From Desulfobacterales bacterium (GTDB lineage: Bacteria; Desulfobacterota; Desulfobacteria; Desulfobacterales; UBA2245): a stretch of DNA of 58,132 nt. Location of the stretch: NCBI GenBank assembly GCA_040771865.1, contig JAXGZF010000005.1, positions 372,001 to 430,132 of the forward strand. Reading direction: 5' to 3'. The position numbers and the translations under genes are program-made. This document shows positions 1-8,749 of the stretch, one piece after another; position 1 is the first letter of the stretch, and every line of letters starts with the position of its first letter. Under the pieces are notes generated by a model. The model was not told where the DNA came from, ran no database searches, and was given only the letters and a program-made list of their open reading frames with translations.

Positions 1-69
1 GGCCTGACCCTCGAGGCCATCGTGGTCATGGTCAGCGTACCCATGATTCTTTGGGTGTGGCCGCTCTGA
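1..69 (+). CDS. 3' end of a membrane protein, resembling the C-terminus of SLC13/DASS-family permeases (partial)
   Basis: Frame 1 reads GLTLEAIVVMVSVPMILWVWPL-stop, a hydrophobic helix ending in WPL; truncated by the window edge. Confidence 0.5.
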   Translation, partial: GLTLEAIVVMVSVPMILWVWPL

Positions 70-428
70 GTCCATGTTCGAACTGCCGGCATGGGCTTGG
101 GATGGAGAACACACCCATTGAGTTATTCGGAAGTCATGGCAAGTAATAGACGCTCGAATGATGTAACTTATTTAATTCAAAAGAAAAACATAATTATTGG
201 CCTTTGTGAAAAACAGGTCTCGGATCGGCATTATCTCTTTAGATACTTGAAATCGCATTTGAGATTTCTCGAAAACACGGGATGCATGGCGTTGAATCTT
301 TAGAAAGATCAAAAAAACACTTTAAAAATACTGTATGTTGGTATAACGTAACAAGGCAGTTGAATGATCCAACAAGCGGTTTGCCGCCGATACAAAGCCG
401 GCCCTTTTATTGATTTTCTAGTTTTTTG

Positions 429-443
429 TGGAATGGATGTTGC
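429..443 (+). promoter_or_regulatory. Possible sigma-54 (-24/-12) promoter upstream of HU
   Basis: TGGAATGGATGTTGC has GG-N10-GC spacing and TTGC; about 110 nt before the HU start. Confidence 0.35.
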
Positions 444-552
444 GTTCGGCGTGTTATGGATAAGGACGTTTTTTGAAATATTCACAGGTGGTATGGCGCT
501 TTCGAACAGGGCGCCAGGATGATGAAACGGCGATTTCATGAAAGGAGAGGGA

Positions 553-822
553 ATGAATAAGAGTGATTTGGTCAACGAGATAGCCAAGGTGGTCAGCACG
601 AAAAAAGAAGCACAGGCAGCAGTGGATGCCGTATTTGCAAGCATCACCAATGCTTTGAAGAAAAAGGAAAGCGTTACGCTGATCGGCTTTGGAACCTTCA
701 AGGTTGCGGAGCGCAAGGCCAGAACCGGCAGAAATCCTCAGACCGGCGCAACCATTAAGATCAGCGCCAGAAAAGCGCCCCGGTTTATTCCCGGCAAAGC
801 CCTGAAGGATTCCGTTCAATAA
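553..822 (+). CDS. hup: Histone-like DNA-binding protein HU
   Basis: MNKSDLV..., GFGTF, RKARTGRNPQTG; ATG at 553 follows RBS GGAGAGGG. Confidence 0.95.
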   Translation: MNKSDLVNEIAKVVSTKKEAQAAVDAVFASITNALKKKESVTLIGFGTFKVAERKARTGRNPQTGATIKISARKAPRFIPGKALKDSVQ

Positions 823-1007
823 TAATATTCCGGGTGCCGTTGGTCCACCATCCCGGATTCCACCGTACAAGCTAAGATTTTCTTCTGCTCCGGTATGGGT
901 TGAGCTGTTTCACCAAACACATACCGGTCATTGAAGAAGCGGCATGGTGATGATTCCGGGCGGGGAATTTAAGGCATACCGGCCCTTTCTCAAGTTTCTC
1001 TGCATTC

Positions 1008-1080
1008 AAAAAGCCAACCCGCGGCTGAAACATTTCCGGTGTTATGTTGACCGGAATTTTGGCGGGGTTGGCTTTTTTTT
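1008..1080. terminator. Bidirectional intrinsic terminator between convergent HU and larB
   Basis: AAAAAGCCAACCCGC...GCGGGGTTGGCTTTTTTT with an inner TTCCGGT/ACCGGAA stem. Confidence 0.7.
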
Positions 1081-1150
1081 ATTAAAACACCGCCACTCCA
1101 TGCCTGAAGGCGGGATATTCGCTTTTACAAGGCCGCATGCCTGTAAGATA

Positions 1151-1915
1151 CTATTTATCTGATGCGCGGTTGATGACGGACGCCATATAGCCTGCTCCGA
1201 AACCATTGTCGATGTTGACTACCGCCACATTGGAGCTGCAGCTGTTGAGCATGGCGAAAAGGGCGGTAAGCCCGCCGAAGCTTGCTCCGTAACCCACGCT
1301 GGTGGGAACGGCGATGACGGGGCGATCCACCAGCCCTCCGACCACGCTGGGCAATGCACCCTCCATGCCCGCGACGACAACCAGCACCGATGCGCGGCTG
1401 AGAAGGTCTTTGTAAGAAAGCAGCCGATGAATGCCGGAAACTCCCACATCAAACACGGATTCAACATTGTTTCCCATTGCCTGAGCGGTCAGGCAGGCTT
1501 CCCTGGCGACCGGAATGTCCGAGGTGCCTGCGCAGACCACCACAATCAGACCCTTGCATAGAATGGAGACCTTTCGGTGCTGAACAATCAGCATTCGGGC
1601 GTCTGAATGATATTCCGCCTCCGGAAACCGCGCCATAACCGACCGGGCTTTTTCCGGATCGATGCGTGTCGCCAGAATCACATCCTCCTGAGGCTGCATG
1701 CGTTCGATGATGCCTACAATCTGGTCGGCGGTTTTACCCTGGCCGAAAATAACCTCCGGAAACCCCTTGCGCAGGGAACGGTGATGATCTATATGGGCGT
1801 AGTGAATATCCTCGAAGGCAAGGTGTTTCAGCGCATCGGCTGCGTCATCGACACCGCGCTCGCCTTCGGCGACCGAACGTAAAATTTCATGTAATGATTC
1901 AAGATTCATCGACAT
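1151..1915 (-). CDS. larB: Nickel-pincer cofactor biosynthesis protein LarB (PurE-like carboxylase)
   Basis: DHHRSLRKGFPEVIFGQGK, AGTSDIPVA, VAGMEGALPSVVGG, PTSVGYG, VNIDNGFGA. Confidence 0.92.
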   Translation of the reverse strand: MSMNLESLHEILRSVAEGERGVDDAADALKHLAFEDIHYAHIDHHRSLRKGFPEVIFGQGKTADQIVGIIERMQPQEDVILATRIDPEKARSVMARFPEAEYHSDARMLIVQHRKVSILCKGLIVVVCAGTSDIPVAREACLTAQAMGNNVESVFDVGVSGIHRLLSYKDLLSRASVLVVVAGMEGALPSVVGGLVDRPVIAVPTSVGYGASFGGLTALFAMLNSCSSNVAVVNIDNGFGAGYMASVINRASDK

Positions 1916-2056
1916 TAACCCGCGCTAGGCGTAAAAGTCAGAGCGATATGCATTGCCTGGATAGATAAAACAGACGCAGGCAGCAGGTCAACACAAATTC
2001 GTTTTGGCGATGAAGACGTCATCATAGAGATAAAATTTAAAAAAACAGGGCACTTT

Positions 2057-2794
2057 ATGAAAACTGTTGTCATTATTCCCGCTCGATATGGTTCCACCCG
2101 ATTTGAGGGAAAACCTTTGGCTCAAATCGCTCAGAAACCCATGATCGCCCATGTCTGTGAGCGATGCGGCCGCGCGGACTGTGTTTCGGAAGTCGTTGTG
2201 GCTACCGATGATTCCCGCATCTTTGATGTCGTCACCCGCCTGGGTTGCCGGGCTGTGATGACCGGAGAGAAGAACCGTTCGGGCACGGATCGCGTGGCCG
2301 AAGCTGCCGATCGAATGGGTCTTGGGACCGATGATATCATCATCAACGTTCAGGGAGATCAGCCTCTGATCGATCCGCGATGCCTCGATGCGGTAGCCGC
2401 ACCCCTGCAGGAAGACCCTTCTACGGATATGAGCACGCTGGCTTTTAAAATCGTCAACCCGGAAGAAATCACAAATCCCAAGGATGTGAAGGTCGTCTTT
2501 GATTATCAGGCGAGGGCCCTGTATTTCAGCCGCTCGCCCATCCCCTGCGCACGGGATGCCTCTGAGGTTTTCGACACATTCAAGCACCTTGGGGTGTATG
2601 CTTATACGAGGCGGTTTCTCGATATTTTCAGAAAGCTGCCTGAGGGGGTTCTGGAGAGAATTGAAAAACTGGAACAGCTTCGGGCCCTGGAGCACGGCTA
2701 TACAATTCGGGTGGTTGTCACGCCATATGATTCGCCTGAGGTTGATATTCCGGCGGATATCGAGCGGGTCGAAAGAAAGATCAGGGAGCAATGA
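2057..2794 (+). CDS. kdsB: 3-deoxy-manno-octulosonate cytidylyltransferase (CMP-KDO synthetase)
   Basis: IIPARYGSTRFEGKPLA, SGTDR, NVQGDQP, ALYFSRSPIP, EKLEQLRALE. Confidence 0.95.
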   Translation: MKTVVIIPARYGSTRFEGKPLAQIAQKPMIAHVCERCGRADCVSEVVVATDDSRIFDVVTRLGCRAVMTGEKNRSGTDRVAEAADRMGLGTDDIIINVQGDQPLIDPRCLDAVAAPLQEDPSTDMSTLAFKIVNPEEITNPKDVKVVFDYQARALYFSRSPIPCARDASEVFDTFKHLGVYAYTRRFLDIFRKLPEGVLERIEKLEQLRALEHGYTIRVVVTPYDSPEVDIPADIERVERKIREQ

Positions 2795-2899
2795 AAGAGG
2801 AGAGCCGGTTCGCAAGGTCCCGGCTCTGAAAATCGGAGTGTTCGGCCGGGAAGATCCGACCTGATTGGTTGCTCGGTATATCTACCCTTACAGCCGGCC

Positions 2900-3463
2900 T
2901 TATTTTTTGACCCGTTCAACGTATTGCCCGGTGCGGGTATCCACGCGGATCATTTCGCCCTCTTCCACAAAGGGAGGCACCTGAACCACGTATCCGGTTT
3001 CCAGTTTGGCGGGCTTAGTGCTTCCCGCCGCGGTATCTCCCTTGGCCCAGGGTTCTGCGCTGATGATTTTCAATTCAACAAAATTAGGCAGAGAGATGCC
3101 GATAGGTCTGTCTTCGAAAAACAGGATGTTGCAGATGGTGTTTTCCTTCAGAAAGTTTTTAGCCTCATCAATCTGATCGGCTGAAAGCAACTCCTGCGTG
3201 TAAGTGGAAGTGTTCATGAAACAGTACTGGTCGCCATCGGCATAGAGATATTCCATCTCGTGCTCTTCGAGTCTTGCCTCGTTGAATTTATCGCCGGATC
3301 GAAATGTCCGTTCAAACTGGGTTCCGTTCACCATATTCTTGAGCTTGCACTTGTAAAGCGCCTGCCCCTTGCCCGGCTTGACAAAGGAAAACTGGGTAAT
3401 GATATACGGGTCGCCGTCAATTTCAAGCTTCAGCCCTTTTCTCAGGTCGCCGGCTTCATACAT
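2900..3463 (-). CDS. efp: Elongation factor P
   Basis: KPGKG loop, KPAKLETG, VPPFVEEGE, VDTRTGQYVER. Confidence 0.97.
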   Translation of the reverse strand: MYEAGDLRKGLKLEIDGDPYIITQFSFVKPGKGQALYKCKLKNMVNGTQFERTFRSGDKFNEARLEEHEMEYLYADGDQYCFMNTSTYTQELLSADQIDEAKNFLKENTICNILFFEDRPIGISLPNFVELKIISAEPWAKGDTAAGSTKPAKLETGYVVQVPPFVEEGEMIRVDTRTGQYVERVKK

Positions 3464-3507
3464 GGGTTTCTGGCTCCTTCCTTATTGGATGCTTCGGTTT
3501 ACAGTTT

Positions 3508-4299
3508 TCAACCGTTGTCGACTTCTGGACGCGAGACAGCCTTCTGCGCCTTGCGGACCGCCTCAACCAGCAATTTAACTCTTAGATGATCTTTTTTAAA
3601 ACGAACGGGACTTCCGTCGGCGTCGCTTGCATTGGTCTGAGTGCAGCTGTCGACGCCCCGGGGTCGCACCCTTATAATTCCATCATAGACATTTTCCGGC
3701 GATATGCCCCCGGCAAGCACAACCGGTATTCGAGTTTCCCTGACCAGTCGCGCAGCCGTCGGCCAGTCGCAGGTTTTTCCGGTGATGCCGACAAACCCGC
3801 TGACCGGTTGAACATCGGCCGGGCCGGACGAGGCTTTGATCAGAAACGTGTCTGTCAGAAAACAGTCGCTGTATTGTTCGAACATGCGCGCCAGATCGAG
3901 GGTGGGAATCCGGTTCGCGGAACCGGGCGGTCCGATCGGAATGGAGCGCATGATTCCGGTTTGCGGAAAGCGTTTTTTAACTTCCTTTTGAAGGGAAACC
4001 AAACGGCGGCACGAAGAGGAAATGCCGTTCGCGTCCGCCAGGGTTTCACAGAAATGAACGTAGTCGGGCCGGTAGTACTCGATGACTCGAAAGACGGTTT
4101 CCGGTGCAGTGAACAGCGGAATCAGGCTGCTCTGCGCACCGCAATCCCTGACCGCATCGATGGTGTTTCGAATTTCTGGAATTTTCCAGTTTTCGGCGGA
4201 AGTCAGAACGCTTCCGATCCGGTCCACGCCGAGCTGAACCATATGAACCGCTTCCTGGGGCGTTTGAACCTCATAAATTTGAACGATAATGTGCGGCAT
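3508..4299 (-). CDS. TrpF/PRAI-like TIM-barrel protein of uncertain function
   Basis: GITGKTCDW, PVVLAGGISPENV and GVDSCT match the PRAI C-terminal half; the N-terminus has QIYE instead of KICG; start taken at MPHII (4299). Confidence 0.65.
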   Translation of the reverse strand: MPHIIVQIYEVQTPQEAVHMVQLGVDRIGSVLTSAENWKIPEIRNTIDAVRDCGAQSSLIPLFTAPETVFRVIEYYRPDYVHFCETLADANGISSSCRRLVSLQKEVKKRFPQTGIMRSIPIGPPGSANRIPTLDLARMFEQYSDCFLTDTFLIKASSGPADVQPVSGFVGITGKTCDWPTAARLVRETRIPVVLAGGISPENVYDGIIRVRPRGVDSCTQTNASDADGSPVRFKKDHLRVKLLVEAVRKAQKAVSRPEVDNG

Positions 4300-4520
4300 G
4301 AATCCCGTGCAACCTGGAATATCTTTAATCTCCTCCGAATCATTCGAAGAATCGGCGGAACCGTTTTCGAACGGATATCTCCGCTTCCGTCCGGCCGTTA
4401 AAATCCGATTGACTTTTGAAGCGCTCTCTAACATATTCACCTTATTTTCGCAAACCGTTTAAGGCTTTTCTTGCACATGGAATTGCCGGAAATAAATTGT
4501 GCCCCGCTCAAGAGGTCTTC

Positions 4521-6050
4521 ATGATTCTGATCGTTGATTTCGGTTCCCAGTATAATCAGCTCATTGCCCGACGTGTCCGAGAGGCACGGGTTTATTGTCA
4601 GATTGAACCGCCTTCGATTCCGGTGGATCGCATTCGGGCTTTAAATCCAAAAGGAATTATTTTATCCGGAGGTCCTTCGAGCATCTATGATCTCAACAGC
4701 CCGAAGGTTGATAAGGCCGTTCTTGACCTTGGCATTCCGGTTCTCGGAATCTGCTACGGCATGCAGTTCATGGCCGATGCGCTGGGAGGCGCCGTGCAGC
4801 GTGCGGAAAAACGGGAATACGGGTTTGCGGAACTTTTGATTATCGATGAGGCAGCTTTATTTAAAGATATTGAATCTCCCACATCCTGCTGGATGAGCCA
4901 CGGGGATTCTGTCACAACGCTTCCCGACGGTTTCCATGCGACAGCCTGCACACCCAACACGCCAGTTGCGGCAATGGCTGATCCGCAGAGGAAATTTTTC
5001 GGACTTCAGTTTCATCCTGAGGTGGATCACACGCCCCTGGGCAAGAAAATGCTGGCCAATTTTCTGTTCGAAATAAGCGGCTGTTCAAGCGACTGGACAA
5101 TGAAGAATTTTGCGGTTGATGCCATCGAAGGGATACGGGAAACCGTTGAAAACAAGAAAATCATTCTGGGACTCAGCGGCGGCGTGGATTCTTCGGTTGC
5201 CGCCGTATTGATTCACAAGGCCGTCGGAAAGCGCCTGACCTGCATTTTCGTGGACAACGGACTGCTGCGGAAAAACGAAAGAGAAAAAATTCAAATGGTT
5301 TTCAGGCAGCATCTAAATCTGAACATCCGTTTTGTCCATGCAGGGGCCCGGTTTCTTGCGGCTCTGGCCGGAGTGACGAATCCAGAGAAAAAACGTAAAA
5401 TCATCGGCAGGATTTTCATGGATGTCTTCGAGGCCGAGGCCAGTAAAATTAAAGGCGCAGAGTTTCTTGCCCAGGGGACCCTGTATCCGGATGTGATCGA
5501 ATCCATCAGCGCTTATGGGGGTCCCAGCGCCATGATCAAATCTCATCACAACGTTGGAGGTCTGCCCAAAAAAATGAAGCTCAAACTGGTGGAGCCTCTG
5601 AAGTGCCTGTTCAAGGACGAGGTCCGCCTTCTGGGCAAAGAACTGGGGCTTTCCGATGAACTGATCTGGCGTCAGCCCTTTCCGGGTCCGGGACTCGCCA
5701 TTCGAATAATTGGAGAGGTCACTCGAAAGCGTCTCAAAATCCTGAGAGAGGTGGACGCGGTTCTGCTGGAAGAAATCCGCGCTGCCGGATATTATCGAAA
5801 ATTATGGCAGTCCTTTGCCGTTCTGCTGCCGCTGAAAAGTGTCGGCATCATGGGTGATCAGCGAACCTACGAAAACATTGTCGCCATTCGCGCCATGACC
5901 AGCCAGGACGCCATGACGGCCGACTGGGCCAAATTGCCGCACGATCTTCTGGGGAACATATCAAACCGCATCATCAACGAGGTCAAGGGGGTCAACCGGG
6001 TGGTGTACGACATCAGCTCCAAGCCCCCCAGCACCATTGAATGGGAATAG
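4521..6050 (+). CDS. guaA: GMP synthase (glutamine-hydrolysing)
   Basis: [44 protein letters not shown]. Confidence 0.98.
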   Translation: MILIVDFGSQYNQLIARRVREARVYCQIEPPSIPVDRIRALNPKGIILSGGPSSIYDLNSPKVDKAVLDLGIPVLGICYGMQFMADALGGAVQRAEKREYGFAELLIIDEAALFKDIESPTSCWMSHGDSVTTLPDGFHATACTPNTPVAAMADPQRKFFGLQFHPEVDHTPLGKKMLANFLFEISGCSSDWTMKNFAVDAIEGIRETVENKKIILGLSGGVDSSVAAVLIHKAVGKRLTCIFVDNGLLRKNEREKIQMVFRQHLNLNIRFVHAGARFLAALAGVTNPEKKRKIIGRIFMDVFEAEASKIKGAEFLAQGTLYPDVIESISAYGGPSAMIKSHHNVGGLPKKMKLKLVEPLKCLFKDEVRLLGKELGLSDELIWRQPFPGPGLAIRIIGEVTRKRLKILREVDAVLLEEIRAAGYYRKLWQSFAVLLPLKSVGIMGDQRTYENIVAIRAMTSQDAMTADWAKLPHDLLGNISNRIINEVKGVNRVVYDISSKPPSTIEWE

Positions 6051-6053
6051 ACG

Positions 6054-6893
6054 ATGGCAGAAAATCAACTTCCCCCATCCTTCAAGATCAAGATGGATTT
6101 AGAACCTGAAGAGCCTCCATATATGGAGGATTTCAAAGAGAAGCGCACGGAAAAGTCCGGCCGGAAAATCACCCTGATCTCGATTCTGATTGCCTGCGTG
6201 ATCGTGGCCATTCTGCTGGCCGGATATTTAGACCTCAAGGGCCGGATATCGGGCCTTGAAAGTGTCGGCGCCCAGCAGAGCCAGAACATTTCCGAAACCC
6301 TGGAATCGCGGTTTTCCGCTCTGTCCATCAAACAGGCCGCTCTGGAAGAGGCTTCGGCCAAAAACATACTGTCCGTTCAAACCGCTTTGGCCGGCATCAG
6401 GGACAATCTTCAGAAGAACAAAGCGTTATTGGATCAAACAGCCGCTGCCAAGGCCGATCGAAAAGAAATCAGCCAGATTCAGGCGGACCTGAAAAAAAGT
6501 ATTTCTGATCTGAATGCGGTGATCCAGAACCTTGAAGAATCCCGCCTTGCGCCGATTTCGGCCCAGGTCTCAAAGATTGGCGCTGATCTGAAAACGTCTC
6601 AGGCGCAGGTCAATGGAATGGAAGCTGCCGTTGCGGATCTTTCGAAGACCCGGGTTGATCGACAACAGTTGGTCGCCCATGTTGCGGCCAGCGAAAAAAA
6701 GATGCTTGAAACCATCACCCAGATTCGAAACAGACTGGACGTCGCGATCAAAGACCTTGAAAAAAGGATAGACAGGGTTGCTGCCGCCAGCAGCCCGCAG
6801 CCTACCGTGCCGGCATCGGTCGGTTCTGACGGAAAAAGCATTGATGACAGCACCTCGAAGCCTGGAAGGATCGTCGAAGAAAATCTTCCTTGA
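6054..6893 (+). CDS. Hypothetical membrane-anchored coiled-coil protein
   Basis: One hydrophobic segment (ITLISILIACVIVAILLAGY) followed by heptad-rich sequence; starts 3 nt after the guaA stop. Confidence 0.75.
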   Translation: MAENQLPPSFKIKMDLEPEEPPYMEDFKEKRTEKSGRKITLISILIACVIVAILLAGYLDLKGRISGLESVGAQQSQNISETLESRFSALSIKQAALEEASAKNILSVQTALAGIRDNLQKNKALLDQTAAAKADRKEISQIQADLKKSISDLNAVIQNLEESRLAPISAQVSKIGADLKTSQAQVNGMEAAVADLSKTRVDRQQLVAHVAASEKKMLETITQIRNRLDVAIKDLEKRIDRVAAASSPQPTVPASVGSDGKSIDDSTSKPGRIVEENLP

Positions 6894-6915
6894 GCGGACG
6901 CCTCTGAAATCTATG

Positions 6916-7063
6916 TAGCAGGCTGTTGAAAAACTGCGTCTGAGGCCGCCATTCCGCGTTGTGCGGCGCTCGCCAATGTTCACATATGCTTGAATATGCT
7001 GCGCTTGTCGTATCGCTGCGTGCCTTGCCTGACGGCCTGATTTTTGTTTTCAATGCCCTGATA
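6916..7063 (+). mobile_element. MITE-like repeat, copy 1 (about 148 bp)
   Basis: Imperfect terminal inverted repeats TAGCAGGCTGTTGAAAAAC ... GTTTTCAATGCCCTGATA; aligns end to end with the reverse complement of 15939-16082. Confidence 0.75.
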
Positions 7064-7170
7064 GAGAAGAGAATAAGTGTTGCGCCGGAAGGTTGTTTCT
7101 GCATCGCCATATGCCCGCCGTCCCGACACGGTTTGTTTGTCAGTTAACGCTGTTGACTGGCGGGCCGACA

Positions 7171-7220
7171 TAATAAAATGGGGATGATGGAAGGCTCCGA
7201 TCGTCCCGCCATCATCCCCG
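7171..7220 (-). terminator. Intrinsic terminator of the OmpA-family gene
   Basis: GGGGATGATGG/CCATCATCCCC stem followed on the minus strand by ATTTTATTA. Confidence 0.6.
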
Positions 7221-7239
7221 GTCAGTTTCCAATCAGCTT

Positions 7240-8421
7240 CTAATGGATGACGTTAATCTGAACACGGCGGTTCTGTGCACGCCCCTCATCCGTATCATTC
7301 GAAGCAACAGGGTCGGCAGCACCGTAGCCGACAGCTTTCAAACGATCGTTGGCAGCACCCTGCGCAATAAAATATTCCATGACGGCATTGGCTCTTCTTT
7401 CCGAAAGCTTCTGATTGTATGCCGCCCCGCCAATCGAATCCGTATGGCCCTGTATTTCAAACATAATATCCGGATACTGTTTGAAGCACTCTGCTACCTG
7501 ATTCAGATTGGCGGTATATTCGGGTTTGATGTTCGCCTTGTCAAAATCAAAGTTAATCCCTTCGATCACCCAGCAACCTACCTCGTTGACCGTTGCGCAC
7601 TTAGGCGTCCCGGGGCATTTGTCCAGATCATCCGGCACGCCATCGCCATCGGAATCCAGTGGAGCCGCGGGAGGAGCAACGGGCGGGGGAGCGGGAGCGC
7701 TCACAACTTCGGACAGGAAGACCGATTCGACAAAACCGCCCATGCCCACATCGGCGTATATTTCATCGCCATTGGCGGCGAAACCGCATCCTGCTGTCTG
7801 AACTATTCTTTCCTGAAGATTTTTACCATTGGCATTATTGCCGATCAATACCGGGTAAATGCAGATCCGGCCGGAGTACTGGTTTTTCAGATTTTCAATA
7901 GCCTGAAGGGTGACCTCTTCATTCTGAATGAAGTCGCTGAATATGATCAAGGCAATCGGCCCCTGGGTCGCATTGAGATCCTCGGCCGCCGCATTCAAAG
8001 ACAGATAAAGAGGACTTACGCCTCCCGGAGTTTTGATCGACTTGAGTCCGCCTTCAAATCCCTCAGGCGTATAAGCCGCCACACCGTAAAGCAGCTCGGT
8101 GTATTCTCGAAACGGGCATGGGGTGGTGCCAAAGGTGCGCAAGGCGCCAACCAGCGGAATTTCCGGAATAGTCTCATTCAACCGGTAAGCCAGATTCCAT
8201 GCAAGATTAAATTTTTTTTGCCCTTTATACGAATCGGTCATGGAATTCGAACCATCCAGAATCACCAAAAAGTTATCCACCTTGGGCGCAAGCTGGCCGG
8301 TTTCAATTTTAGGGTACAGATCAAGGGCCTCAAAGTCAGACGGGGTCGGCGCTGCCGCGCACCCTGCAAAAAAAGCCATCAGAGCTGCAACAAAAAATAC
8401 TCCAAAACACTTTTTGCCCAT
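7240..8421 (-). CDS. OmpA-family lipoprotein with a VWA domain and a TSP3-like Ca-binding repeat
   Basis: Lipobox FFAGC; MIDAS-like LDGSNSM; DSDGDGVPDDLDKCPGTP; C-terminal FDFDKA, GHTDSIG...YNQKLSERRA, RAQNRRV. Confidence 0.9.
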   Translation of the reverse strand: MGKKCFGVFFVAALMAFFAGCAAAPTPSDFEALDLYPKIETGQLAPKVDNFLVILDGSNSMTDSYKGQKKFNLAWNLAYRLNETIPEIPLVGALRTFGTTPCPFREYTELLYGVAAYTPEGFEGGLKSIKTPGGVSPLYLSLNAAAEDLNATQGPIALIIFSDFIQNEEVTLQAIENLKNQYSGRICIYPVLIGNNANGKNLQERIVQTAGCGFAANGDEIYADVGMGGFVESVFLSEVVSAPAPPPVAPPAAPLDSDGDGVPDDLDKCPGTPKCATVNEVGCWVIEGINFDFDKANIKPEYTANLNQVAECFKQYPDIMFEIQGHTDSIGGAAYNQKLSERRANAVMEYFIAQGAANDRLKAVGYGAADPVASNDTDEGRAQNRRVQINVIH

Positions 8422-8749
8422 TTCTCTCCTCCTTTGTGTTTTCAGCCTTTTTAAAAAAAATTGCGTGATTTGTTGATAAAACAGAACTGGCAGGCAAACA
8501 AAAAAATTGAAGCCTGAATTTCTACAAATTCGACCCGGACGTTTCCGAATCCGATTTTTACTTTTTTGTGATGAGTATTTTATGAGCTATATTATTGAAC
8601 CTTTACACCCTCGTAATATCAGGTGTCAAGCAATGTATTATTTTGTCGAATACGATCTTCAATACCACAAATGCGGAATTCGGCGCGTTTGCCGGATAAG
8701 ACAAGAAAAAAGGAAAATACTCCTGATGATCGCAATCCATCGTTCTTTA

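Noticed and set aside
470..488. Rex-like palindrome TGAA-ATA-TTCA upstream of HU
   Set aside because: Spacing and flanks do not fit TTGTGAA-N4-TTCACAA
830..982. Calling the rod-like structure 6S RNA
   Set aside because: The bubble is asymmetric, no 6S sequence motifs were recognised and the usual gene context is missing; kept only as an unassigned candidate
7243..8454. 403-aa ORF antisense to the OmpA gene (and similar long antisense ORFs at 11375-12667, 31287-32588, 41584-42771, 52676-54070, 55762-57225)
   Set aside because: Shadow ORFs opposite well-supported genes in GC-rich DNA; no recognisable motifs
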